From an uncultured Bacteroidota bacterium (GTDB lineage Bacteria > Bacteroidota > Bacteroidia > Flavobacteriales > TMED113): a stretch of 64,000 nt of DNA. Numbering within the stretch: the first letter of the stretch is position 1; each line of letters starts with the position of its first letter. Location of the stretch: contig CABYOB010000002.1 in the NCBI GenBank assembly GCA_902520385.1, positions 5,842-69,841 of the forward strand. Reading direction: 5' to 3'. The translations under genes and the position numbers were made by a program. This document shows positions 11,111-20,879 of the stretch, one piece after another. The notes under the pieces were generated by a model that saw only the letters and a program-made list of their open reading frames with translations, was not told the origin of the DNA and did not search any database.

Positions 11111-12445
11111 TTAATTGTCATTATTTTTTTCTTCTAAATTTTCGTTAGCAAACAAAGAACCTAATTTACCAGCACCTGTTACAAATTTTTCTGCCCATTT
11201 TCCAAAAAAATCTTTCGAATCTTCTGCCTCTCCATCTTCAATTTCAGTTGGAGCCATCTTTTTATTATTCATATACCTCAAAACTAAACCAACTGAAGTA
11301 GCATATATAGGACTTGATAATTCTTCTGGGGATGTATGATCTAAATATTCATTAGCTAAACCAATTCTAGTAGGCATGCCCGTCACATATTCACATAATT
11401 GTTTTATGTGTTTTAAATTCGCTCCTCCTCCAGTTAAAACAATTCCTGCTATTAATTTATTTCTTTGGTGATTACTATCTTGATATAATTTTATTTCTTT
11501 ATTTACATCATTTAATATCTCCTCTAGTCTTGCTCTTATTATTTTAGATAGATTTTTAATTGATATTTCCTTAGGCTCATGACCTTTTAAGCCAGGTATG
11601 GAAACTATTTCATTTTCATTATTTTCTGAGGGAAGTGCTGATCCAAATTTTAATTTTAACTGTTCTGCTTGTTTTTCTATAATTGAACAGCCTTCTTTTA
11701 TATCATTTGTTATTATATTACCACCAAATGGTATTACAGCTGTATGTCGGATAATTTTATCTTTAAAAATAGCGATATCAGTTGTCCCTCCACCAATATC
11801 AACTAAAACAACTCCCGCATCTCTTTCTTCCTCAGTCACCGTGGACTCTAAAGAAGCTAAAGGCTCTAAATGTATATCCGCTACTTTAAGACCTGCATCT
11901 TGGACACATCTAGTTATATTATTCATGGCTGAAATTTGACCTGCGACAACATGAAAATTTGCTTCTAATTTACTTCCACACATTCCTTCTGGCCTTAAAA
12001 TATTTGACTCATTATCTATCTTGTATTCTTGAGCTAAAACATGTATAATTTCTTCACCCGGCTCTAATTTTAATTTTTTAACATTACTCACTAATTTTTT
12101 TGTATCATGTAAATCTATATATTTTTCTGAATCTTCTCTAATTATATAGTCTATGTGTTGCATACTTCTTATATGTTGCCCTGCTATACCAACAGCAACT
12201 TCAATAATATCTAAATTGGTTTTTTCTTTTGCTTCTTTTAAGGCACTTTCAATTGATTCAATCGTTTGAACAATATTAGCAACAACACCCCTCTTTACCC
12301 CCAATGACTTTGATTTTCCATAGCCTAAAACTTCTAATTTTCCATGTTCATTTTTTTTTCCAACTAAACAAACAATTTTTGTTGTACCAATATCTAAGGC
12401 AACAAAAAAATCATTTTTATTAATTTTTTCTTTCAAAACTTCCAT
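11111..12445 (-). CDS. ftsA: Cell division protein FtsA
   Basis: ALDIGTTKI, DIGGGTTD, VLTGGGA. Confidence 0.97.
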   Translation of the reverse strand: MEVLKEKINKNDFFVALDIGTTKIVCLVGKKNEHGKLEVLGYGKSKSLGVKRGVVANIVQTIESIESALKEAKEKTNLDIIEVAVGIAGQHIRSMQHIDYIIREDSEKYIDLHDTKKLVSNVKKLKLEPGEEIIHVLAQEYKIDNESNILRPEGMCGSKLEANFHVVAGQISAMNNITRCVQDAGLKVADIHLEPLASLESTVTEEERDAGVVLVDIGGGTTDIAIFKDKIIRHTAVIPFGGNIITNDIKEGCSIIEKQAEQLKLKFGSALPSENNENEIVSIPGLKGHEPKEISIKNLSKIIRARLEEILNDVNKEIKLYQDSNHQRNKLIAGIVLTGGGANLKHIKQLCEYVTGMPTRIGLANEYLDHTSPEELSSPIYATSVGLVLRYMNNKKMAPTEIEDGEAEDSKDFFGKWAEKFVTGAGKLGSLFANENLEEKNNDN

Positions 12446-12449
12446 TTTA

Positions 12450-13187
12450 TCATTTGTTACTTACAACTTCTTCATTTGTACATATAAGTTGGTCCTCATA
12501 TTTAACATTTAGGACTTTAACTTTATTATTCTTTAGCCTTTCATCATTAACAATAGTTGTAAAATATAGCTTTATTAAGTCTTCTTTTTCAGACAATTTA
12601 CTTACATCTCCTATATTTATTTTCAAATCAAATAAACCTGAATGTAATATGTATTCAGAATTATGATTGTATGACACTTTATTAATTATAGATTTTAAAA
12701 ACCTATTCCCATATAAATAATCCGCTAGATATAAAGTTTCAGCCCATGGCTTCAAACTTATGTCATCAATAAAAAAGAGAACATTAGGTGATTGGCCATC
12801 GACTACATTTAATTTAACACTATCTCTAGTTAAAAAACAAATATCATTATCTATCACCGTCCTAATAAAAGGATTTTCCTGCTGAATAAGTATCGTTAAT
12901 TTATTATCCAATGATAAATATACTTCAGCATTTTTGACATAAATTAGCATCTCAATTGAATCTTCTAACAATCTCGTGTTTATATCCTTTATAGAATATG
13001 TACTTTGTTTATTTTGAAAATTTATTTTATCATAAACTTCTTGAGTGTTTATATATTGATAATCATTCTGTTTAAAAATAATTTCAAAATCCGTTATATT
13101 ATTATTTTCAGACTTGCTAAATGCAAATAATACAAATATAGAAACTGTTAAAAAAAACACGATATTGCTTAATATTCTTTTTTTCAT
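12450..13187 (-). CDS. ftsQ: Cell division protein FtsQ/DivIB (divergent)
   Basis: Single N-terminal TM, POTRA-like VKNAEVY, C-terminal LNVKYEDQLIC; lies between murC and ftsA. Confidence 0.8.
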   Translation of the reverse strand: MKKRILSNIVFFLTVSIFVLFAFSKSENNNITDFEIIFKQNDYQYINTQEVYDKINFQNKQSTYSIKDINTRLLEDSIEMLIYVKNAEVYLSLDNKLTILIQQENPFIRTVIDNDICFLTRDSVKLNVVDGQSPNVLFFIDDISLKPWAETLYLADYLYGNRFLKSIINKVSYNHNSEYILHSGLFDLKINIGDVSKLSEKEDLIKLYFTTIVNDERLKNNKVKVLNVKYEDQLICTNEEVVSNK

Positions 13188-14635
13188 AACAATACTCTCT
13201 TTAATTCCTCACTGTATATAGTTATATCACCAGCGCCAACAGAAAGCAACAGCTCTGGTTTCAACTTAGATATCAGTGGTATTAATTTCTCTTTTGAAAC
13301 TAAAACTTTATCCTCTAGTTTTATTAATCCAAATAATTTATTAATACTAAAGCCCTTTATAGGAAGTTCTCTTGCAGGATAAATGTCTAGAAGAACTAAA
13401 GTGTCAACTTTAGAAAGTGACACGGCAAATTCATTTAAAAAATCTTTTGTTCTGGAAAATAAATGAGGCTGAAAAATCATAGTAATTTTTTTAAACTCAT
13501 ACATTTTTCTTAAGCTACCAATTAATACATTTATTTCCTCAGGATGATGGGCATAATCTTCTATAAAAATTTGTTTCTTGGTATTTATATGGTACTCGAA
13601 TCTTCTTTTAACACCTAAAAATGATGTTATTCCTTTAGCAATATCATTAATATTAACACCTAGTTTTAAGGCAATAATCGAAGCGGCTAAAAAATTTTCT
13701 AAATTATGTTCTGGTTGTTTTGAAACATTAAAAGTTTTTAACTTTTGAAAATTATTTGTTTTTTTATTTTTTTCTAAAAAAGTTAATTCTAATCCTCCCA
13801 ATTTATTATCTCTAAAATTTAAATTATAATCTGCAGTTTCTGACAAAGAATACTCAGTGATTTCAGGTAAGTCTTCTGACTGTAAAATTATATTTTTTTT
13901 TATAATTAAATTGCTCAGATTTGGTAGACTATTTACAACAAACTTAATATATGAATTATACATATCTAAGTACGTAGGATATGTATCACTATGATCTTTA
14001 TCTATAGATGAAATTAAAATAATATTAGCTTTTAGATGTAAAAAGGACTTATCATATTCATCAGCTTCTATAACCATAATATTATTTGATCCTAAAACGA
14101 AATTAGATTCATAATTTTTTGACACTCCACCTAAAAAAGCTGTACAATCATTACCTGAAGTCTTTAAAAGATGAGTCAAAATAGTACTAATGGTAGTTTT
14201 ACCATGAGTACCTGCAATTGCTACCACTTTATAATTTGCGCTAATTAGACCTAAAAAATCTGCTCTCTTTATACTTTTTACTTTATTAAAATCAAAAAAA
14301 GATCTAATGGGATGATTGATTTTTATAGCCGCAGAAAAAACAACAATACTATTAGAGTTCTTAACAAATGAATTTAAAACTACAAAATGTCTAGATTTAC
14401 TTTTATGTTCACCAGATAATATATTATAATCATAAAACACTTCTCCACCTTGTAACTGTATTTTATTTGTAATGTTATTCTTCTCTCTATCATAACCAAA
14501 AACTTTAATGTTTCTTTCAATACACCAAAAAGCTAAGGCGCTAACTCCAATTCCACCAATACCAATAAAATATACAGCATCTAAATTATTTAAATCTAAA
14601 TTTTCAGCTTGATTTTTTATATTCATATTAATCAT
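13184..14635 (-). CDS. murC: UDP-N-acetylmuramate--L-alanine ligase
   Basis: FIGIGGIG, GTHGKTT, EADE, DYAHHP, FQPH. Confidence 0.96.
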   Translation of the reverse strand: MINMNIKNQAENLDLNNLDAVYFIGIGGIGVSALAFWCIERNIKVFGYDREKNNITNKIQLQGGEVFYDYNILSGEHKSKSRHFVVLNSFVKNSNSIVVFSAAIKINHPIRSFFDFNKVKSIKRADFLGLISANYKVVAIAGTHGKTTISTILTHLLKTSGNDCTAFLGGVSKNYESNFVLGSNNIMVIEADEYDKSFLHLKANIILISSIDKDHSDTYPTYLDMYNSYIKFVVNSLPNLSNLIIKKNIILQSEDLPEITEYSLSETADYNLNFRDNKLGGLELTFLEKNKKTNNFQKLKTFNVSKQPEHNLENFLAASIIALKLGVNINDIAKGITSFLGVKRRFEYHINTKKQIFIEDYAHHPEEINVLIGSLRKMYEFKKITMIFQPHLFSRTKDFLNEFAVSLSKVDTLVLLDIYPARELPIKGFSINKLFGLIKLEDKVLVSKEKLIPLISKLKPELLLSVGAGDITIYSEELKRVLL

Positions 14636-14637
14636 AA

Positions 14638-15720
14638 TTACAAAATAATATTTAATGCATCCAATATTTTCTTAGATGAATCATTAACACTCAACTTTTT
14701 AGCATTCTGAGCTATTGTCAACCTATAATTTGTATTATTTAAGTATTTATCAAGTGTAGAAATAAACTTATTTTCTAAGTCTTTTTCCTCAATTATTAAA
14801 CACGCTTCTTTATCTTCCAATGTTTTTGCATTTTTCATTTGGTGATTATCTGAAACATATGGAGAAGGAATTAAAATGGATGCTTTTTGTAAAAAACATA
14901 TTTCTGTTATAGCAATAGCACCCGCTCTGGAAACCACAACATCTGCTAAAGCATATGCTAAATCCATCCTATCTATAAAATCAACAACAAAAATGTTATT
15001 TAAATTAGAGCTTAATTGTTTATATTTTTGATGATTTTTATTTCCAGTTTGCCAAATAACTTGATAATTAGAAAAATAATTAATTTTTTGCTCAACTAGT
15101 TTATTAATTGGACCTGCTCCTAAACTCCCACCTATAATCAGAATTGTTTTTTTTTTGTTATTAAAACTAAAAAAAATCTCAGCTTCTTGTATAGAACAAT
15201 CTTTTAAAAGTTTTTTTCTAATTGGATTGCCTGTTTTTATTATTTTTTTAATTGGGAAAAACTTTTCCATCCCATAATACGAAACGCATATTTTATCAAC
15301 TACTTTTGCCAATAATCTATTAGTTATTCCAGGAAAAGAATTTTGTTCATGAATTAAAGTTGGCACACCTAACATGGCTGCTACAAATAAAATTGGACCA
15401 CTCGCAAAGCCTCCTGTGCCAATTACATATTTAGGTCTAAAATTAACAATAATAAAAAAAGAGTGTACTATACTTAATAATAATTTTATTGGGAAAATTA
15501 AATTTCTTAGAGAAAATCTTCTCTGTATTCCATCAATCCATAATCCCTTAATTTTGTAACCTGCCAAAGGCACTTTTTTCATTTCCATTCTATTCTTGGC
15601 TCCTACAAATAAAATATCATAATCAAAGCTGGAATTATCTAATTCTTCAGCAATAGATAAAGCTGGAAAAATATGTCCAGCTGTACCCCCTCCACTAATT
15701 ATTATTTTATTTTTAACCAT
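14638..15720 (-). CDS. murG: Undecaprenyl-PP-MurNAc-pentapeptide GlcNAc transferase
   Basis: GGGTAGHIFP, HEQNS, GNP, GGSLGA, SRAGA, HQMKNA. Confidence 0.96.
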   Translation of the reverse strand: MVKNKIIISGGGTAGHIFPALSIAEELDNSSFDYDILFVGAKNRMEMKKVPLAGYKIKGLWIDGIQRRFSLRNLIFPIKLLLSIVHSFFIIVNFRPKYVIGTGGFASGPILFVAAMLGVPTLIHEQNSFPGITNRLLAKVVDKICVSYYGMEKFFPIKKIIKTGNPIRKKLLKDCSIQEAEIFFSFNNKKKTILIIGGSLGAGPINKLVEQKINYFSNYQVIWQTGNKNHQKYKQLSSNLNNIFVVDFIDRMDLAYALADVVVSRAGAIAITEICFLQKASILIPSPYVSDNHQMKNAKTLEDKEACLIIEEKDLENKFISTLDKYLNNTNYRLTIAQNAKKLSVNDSSKKILDALNIIL

Positions 15721-16816
15721 AACTTATCTTCTTTTGAAATTTAGATGAAATATTTAAAATAATTCCTATTGTTACACATGTAATCCATATTGAACTACCA
15801 CCTCTACTTACTAATGGCAAGGTTTGTCCCGTAACGGGAAGAATCCCTAAGGATACACCAATATTTAAAAAGGCTTGAAAAACAATTAAAATTCCTAGTC
15901 CAAGTAATAATAAATATGGAAACATTAATTTAATCCTTGTAGAAATTGCAATAATTCTAATTAAAAAAATAATATATAGTCCTAAAATAAATAGTCCACC
16001 TATAATACTATACTCTTCAATTATAATAGCAAAAACAAAATCAGAGGATGCCTGTGGTAAAACATGTTTTTGAACACTTTTACCTGGGCCTAACCCATTC
16101 CATTTTCCAGAAGAAATAGCTTTTTTAGCAATATTAACTTGATAATTTACTTCTCCATTTAAATAATGATTGATCCTGTTTTTCCACGTACCAACTCTAC
16201 TGTTAGATGAAAACTGAGATAATAAAATCACACTAAAAAAAACTAAAATAATATTAAATGAGTAAAATTTAAAAATACTTTTAATCTTAAAGTCTGAAAT
16301 GAATAAAACTATAAAAGAAATAGTTAAAATAATTAATGCCGTTGATCCATTTGATTTAAATATTAAAGCAAAGACAATTAATATAGGTAAATAAAAGTAC
16401 TTGAAATGATCTTTGAAAGACATGCTTTTATGACTAAGAACAGAAAGGTTTCGAGATAATAATAAAACTAAACTGAATTTTGCTAATTCAGAGGGTTGAA
16501 AATTTAATCCGAAAATTTTTATCCATCTACGTGAATCTACGACACCTTCAATATTAGGCAAGGGTTTAAACAAAATTATTAGTAATAAAATAACTGAAAA
16601 AATGAAAATAACAATAGACCCGTTTGTTAAATATTTATAATGCATTCTAGAAAAAAATAACATCAATATAAAACCGCTTAATAAATGAAATGAATGGGTG
16701 AGTAAATTCTTAATTGAGCTTGAACAACTAAAAACCACCAAACAAGAAATACACGCTAAAAAAGTGGCTATTAACCAAATTACTTTATCTCCTTTTAAAA
16801 AACTACTTAACAACAT
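15713..16816 (-). CDS. ftsW: Peptidoglycan polymerase FtsW
   Basis: RRWI, FQPSELAK, SDFVFAIIIEE, PVTGQTLPLVSRGGSS. Likely start is ATG 16816; the ORF track gives 16843. Confidence 0.94.
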   Translation of the reverse strand: MLLSSFLKGDKVIWLIATFLACISCLVVFSCSSSIKNLLTHSFHLLSGFILMLFFSRMHYKYLTNGSIVIFIFSVILLLIILFKPLPNIEGVVDSRRWIKIFGLNFQPSELAKFSLVLLLSRNLSVLSHKSMSFKDHFKYFYLPILIVFALIFKSNGSTALIILTISFIVLFISDFKIKSIFKFYSFNIILVFFSVILLSQFSSNSRVGTWKNRINHYLNGEVNYQVNIAKKAISSGKWNGLGPGKSVQKHVLPQASSDFVFAIIIEEYSIIGGLFILGLYIIFLIRIIAISTRIKLMFPYLLLLGLGILIVFQAFLNIGVSLGILPVTGQTLPLVSRGGSSIWITCVTIGIILNISSKFQKKISYG

Positions 16817-16824
16817 TACATTTT

Positions 16825-18159
16825 TTATAGTCCAAACACACACTCTTTAAAAACCCTTCCTCTTTCTTCATAGTTTTTAAACAAATCAAAACTAGCACAA
16901 GCAGGTGATAATAAAACACTGTCTCCATATTTAGAAAGCATATAAGATTGATGAACCGCAGATTGCATATTTTCAACTTTTACAATATTTGGAACAATTT
17001 CTTTAAAGTGATTAATTATTTTCCTAGAGGACTTTCCAATTACAATAATAGCATGCACTTTCTCTTTAACTAAATCATTTAGTTGTTCATAATTGTTTCC
17101 TTTATCAACACCTCCACATATCCAAACTATCGGTGTTTTTATTGACTCTAATGCAAAATAAGCAGCATTACAATTAGTAGCTTTTGAGTCATTAATAAAT
17201 ACTTTCCCGTCTAATTTTAACACTTTTTCTAATCTGTGTTCAACTCCCTTAAAATTAGTTAGTGACATTCTTAAAACATCATTAGAAACTCCAAGTATTT
17301 TTGAAGCTATCCCTGCTGCCATTGAATTATAAACATTGTGTTTGCCTTGTAGGGCCATTTCGTGTAATAACATAGTAAATAAATTTTTATTGTTTTTAAT
17401 TATTAATTGATTATTGTCTATCCAAGCGGATGTATGTTTTTTTGTTTTAATATTTTCAAATGGGAATAATTTCTGTTGATTTAAATTATTCAGCCTACAT
17501 ATTATATTGCTATCATCATTTAAATAAATAAATGAATCTAAATTATCTTGATTCAACTGTATTCGCATTTTTGTATCAAAATAATTTTCTTTGTTAAAAC
17601 CGTACCTATCTAAATGGTCTGGTGAAAGATTTAAAAGAACTGCTATTTTTGGTTTAAATTTTGATATGTGTTCTAATTGAAAACTACTTACTTCTAAAAC
17701 ATACAAATCACCCGGATCGGTTACTAAAACTTCAGAAAACGAAACGCCTACATTACCACAAAGCCTTGGGTTTAGCTTTGCGTTTTTTAATGTATAGAAC
17801 AACAAAGAGCTAGTTGTTGTCTTTCCATTTGTTCCTGTTATGGCTATAACAGGTTTATTTGTAAATCTAAAAGCAAACTCTATTTCAGAATAAATAGGGA
17901 TTCCAATTTTTTTTGCTGATTGAACAAATTCCGCATCGTTACTTACACCTGGGCTAATAATTATTTCATCAGCCCATTCTAAATTAGATTTAGAGTGTTT
18001 ATTTTCTTCATAAGAAACATTTACTGAACTTAAAAATTCCTTTATTTTATTGTCTATTTTTCTGCAATCTGTGAGTCTTACATTATATTTTTTGTATATA
18101 GCTAACTTACACGCACCTATACCACTTTTGCCTGAACCTATTATTAAAATGTTTTTCAT
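16825..18159 (-). CDS. murD: UDP-MurNAc-L-Ala--D-glutamate ligase
   Basis: GTNGKTTT, EVSSFQL, DHLDRY, NDSKATN, LSPACASFD. Confidence 0.96.
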   Translation of the reverse strand: MKNILIIGSGKSGIGACKLAIYKKYNVRLTDCRKIDNKIKEFLSSVNVSYEENKHSKSNLEWADEIIISPGVSNDAEFVQSAKKIGIPIYSEIEFAFRFTNKPVIAITGTNGKTTTSSLLFYTLKNAKLNPRLCGNVGVSFSEVLVTDPGDLYVLEVSSFQLEHISKFKPKIAVLLNLSPDHLDRYGFNKENYFDTKMRIQLNQDNLDSFIYLNDDSNIICRLNNLNQQKLFPFENIKTKKHTSAWIDNNQLIIKNNKNLFTMLLHEMALQGKHNVYNSMAAGIASKILGVSNDVLRMSLTNFKGVEHRLEKVLKLDGKVFINDSKATNCNAAYFALESIKTPIVWICGGVDKGNNYEQLNDLVKEKVHAIIVIGKSSRKIINHFKEIVPNIVKVENMQSAVHQSYMLSKYGDSVLLSPACASFDLFKNYEERGRVFKECVFGL

Positions 18160-19412
18160 TATCTAATCTTTAATGTGACAAAAGCGATGATGACTAAAAA
18201 AACACAAACAATCCAAAATCTAGTGGATATTTTACTTTCATGAATTCCTTTTTTTTGAAAATGATGATGGATGGGAGACATTAAAAAAATTCTTTTTCCT
18301 ATTCCTGATTTTCTTTTTGTGTACTTGAAATAAGAAACTTGCAAAATAACAGACAAGCTTTCAATAAAAAAAACTCCACAAAAAATAGGAATTAAAAGTT
18401 CTTTTCTAATGGCAATAGCGCAAACAGCAATAATTGCACCAATTGACAAGCTACCTGTATCACCCATAAAAACTTGTGCAGGATAAGAGTTATACCACAA
18501 AAAACCAACACATGACCCAACAAAAGCAGACATAAAAACAACTAATTCTGCACTATTTGGAATAAACATTATATTCAAATAATTTGAAGTAACTGCATTA
18601 CTGGAAACATAAGCAAAAACAGCTAGGCAGGTCCCAATAATAGCAGAAGTTCCTGTTGCTAAACCATCAATGCCATCAGTTAAATTTGCTCCGTTAGAAA
18701 CTGCTGATATAATAAACACGACAATAAGTAAATAAACTAACCATGTCCACTTTTTATCAAATCCAAAAAATGTTAAAATAGATGAGTAATCAAACTGATT
18801 ATTTTTGAAAAATGGAATTGTTGTGTTTGTAGATTTTTTTTCATCTTGAAAAAATTCATTTATTATAAAACTATCATCTTGACTATACTGGAAATTATTT
18901 TCATAGTTTAATTTAGAAAAATCTTTCTCTTGAATTGTTACATCTGAATGAGAATATAAAATAAGACTTACTATACATCCCAAAAAAACCTGACCAAAAA
19001 TTTTAAATTTGCCAGCTAACCCCCTTTTTTGTTTTTTAAATACTTTGATATAATCGTCTATGAAACCTATAGATCCCATCCAAACACTTGTTAAAATCAT
19101 AAGGATTACATATATATTCTGAAGTCTGCAAATAAGTAAAGTTGGCACCAATATCCCCATCAATATAATGAGCCCCCCCATAGTTGGAACGCCTTCTTTT
19201 TTTGACTCACCCTTTAAACCTAAACTACGAACATTCTCACCAACAGATTTTCTATGTAATAGCGAAATAATTGATTTTCCAAAATAAGTTGTTATTACAA
19301 GAGATAAAATAACTGCCAAGGCTGATCTAAAAGATATATATGAAAATAAATTTGAGACTTGCTCTCCATATAAAATTTTGTCTTTTAAGAAATCAATTAA
19401 ATAATATATCAT
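18159..19412 (-). CDS. mraY: Phospho-N-acetylmuramoyl-pentapeptide transferase
   Basis: PTMGG, NLTDGIDGL, FMGDTGS, PIHHHF. Confidence 0.97.
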   Translation of the reverse strand: MIYYLIDFLKDKILYGEQVSNLFSYISFRSALAVILSLVITTYFGKSIISLLHRKSVGENVRSLGLKGESKKEGVPTMGGLIILMGILVPTLLICRLQNIYVILMILTSVWMGSIGFIDDYIKVFKKQKRGLAGKFKIFGQVFLGCIVSLILYSHSDVTIQEKDFSKLNYENNFQYSQDDSFIINEFFQDEKKSTNTTIPFFKNNQFDYSSILTFFGFDKKWTWLVYLLIVVFIISAVSNGANLTDGIDGLATGTSAIIGTCLAVFAYVSSNAVTSNYLNIMFIPNSAELVVFMSAFVGSCVGFLWYNSYPAQVFMGDTGSLSIGAIIAVCAIAIRKELLIPIFCGVFFIESLSVILQVSYFKYTKRKSGIGKRIFLMSPIHHHFQKKGIHESKISTRFWIVCVFLVIIAFVTLKIR

Positions 19413-19418
19413 AGCAAT

Positions 19419-20879
19419 TTATTTTAAAAATTTTTTTATTTCTACATAGTCATCAAAGGGATACTTTTTTCCTTTAATTTCCTGATATTTCTCATGTCCC
19501 TTCCCAAGGATTAAAACAATGTCATTTCTGTCAGCTAATTTTATTGCTTCATTTATAGCTTCTCTTCTATCAGTTATTTTTATTAATGTTTTTTCTTTTT
19601 GAAAATTTATACCTAAGCTCATTTCATTAATGATGCACATAATGTCCTCATCTCTTGGATTATCTGCTGTAAATATTGAAATATCACTGTTTACATATGA
19701 AATCTTCCCCATCATTGGTCTTTTTCCCACATCTCTATTGCCTCCACATCCTACAACCGTAATTATTTTCTGACTACTATCTTTAATTTTATAAATCGAC
19801 TTAAATAAAGAATCAATGGCTCCAGGAGAATGAGCATAATCTATAATCATATTTACTCCACTTTTAGATTTGATAATATTAAAACGACCTAAAATATTTT
19901 CTAAATTTCTTATGCATTTAATTATGTCTTCTGTACTTGAATGTAATCGAGCCGCAACTGAATAAATAGCTAATAAATTATAAACATTAAAATAACCTGT
20001 AATTTTAGTTTTAAAATGATGTTCGTCTATTTTTATTTCTAAACCTGAGAAGTTGTTTTTTAATATTTCTGCTCGGTGATCAGCATTTTGTGAATCAATT
20101 GAATAAAATACTTTTTTTGATTCACAATGTTTCACCATTGTTTCTGAATAAGTATCATCTTTATTTAAAAATGCAATAGATGAGCTATCTAAATCATCAA
20201 AAAACTTCTTTTTTGTTAAAACATAATCTTCTAAATTTTTATGATAATCTAAGTGGTCTCTACTAATATTAGTAAAAACAGCACATGCAAAATTGATTCC
20301 TAAAATTCTACTTTGTTTAATCCCATGAGAACTAACCTCCATAAAACAAAATTTACAACCATGTAACACCATTTTACTTAGCAGCTCATTAGTCTTTATT
20401 GAATCTGGAGTGGTTGAGCTTGATGAAAAAACAAAGTCATTTATTCTATTTTCTATCGTAGAAATTAATCCACAATTATATTTAAGCTGTCGAAATAAAT
20501 TAAATAATAACGTAGCTATTGTTGTTTTTCCATTAGTACCAGTAACACCTATAACTTTTATTTTTTTTGATGGGTTTTCAAAAAAATTACTTGAAATAAA
20601 ACTAAGAGATTCTCTTGAATCTCTAACTTTAATATATGTAATCCCTTCTTTTAGTTTTTTTGGTAATTTCTCACAAACAATTGCTGTTGCTCCGGAAATT
20701 ATGGCATCATCTATAAATTTATGTCCATCAAATACATTTCCTGGTATAGCACAAAACAATGTGTTTATTTCACATTTTTTAGATTCAAAAACAATTTTAT
20801 TGATTGAATTTTTATCATCGCCAATTAAAGTTTGAACATTAACATTATGTAAAATATCTTTTAATAATTTCATGTTCAT
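19419..20879 (-). CDS. murE: UDP-MurNAc-tripeptide synthetase (meso-DAP type)
   Basis: GTNGKTT, MEVSSH, DHLDYH, DYAH, DNPR (DAP specificity), GKGHE. Confidence 0.96.
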   Translation of the reverse strand: MNMKLLKDILHNVNVQTLIGDDKNSINKIVFESKKCEINTLFCAIPGNVFDGHKFIDDAIISGATAIVCEKLPKKLKEGITYIKVRDSRESLSFISSNFFENPSKKIKVIGVTGTNGKTTIATLLFNLFRQLKYNCGLISTIENRINDFVFSSSSTTPDSIKTNELLSKMVLHGCKFCFMEVSSHGIKQSRILGINFACAVFTNISRDHLDYHKNLEDYVLTKKKFFDDLDSSSIAFLNKDDTYSETMVKHCESKKVFYSIDSQNADHRAEILKNNFSGLEIKIDEHHFKTKITGYFNVYNLLAIYSVAARLHSSTEDIIKCIRNLENILGRFNIIKSKSGVNMIIDYAHSPGAIDSLFKSIYKIKDSSQKIITVVGCGGNRDVGKRPMMGKISYVNSDISIFTADNPRDEDIMCIINEMSLGINFQKEKTLIKITDRREAINEAIKLADRNDIVLILGKGHEKYQEIKGKKYPFDDYVEIKKFLK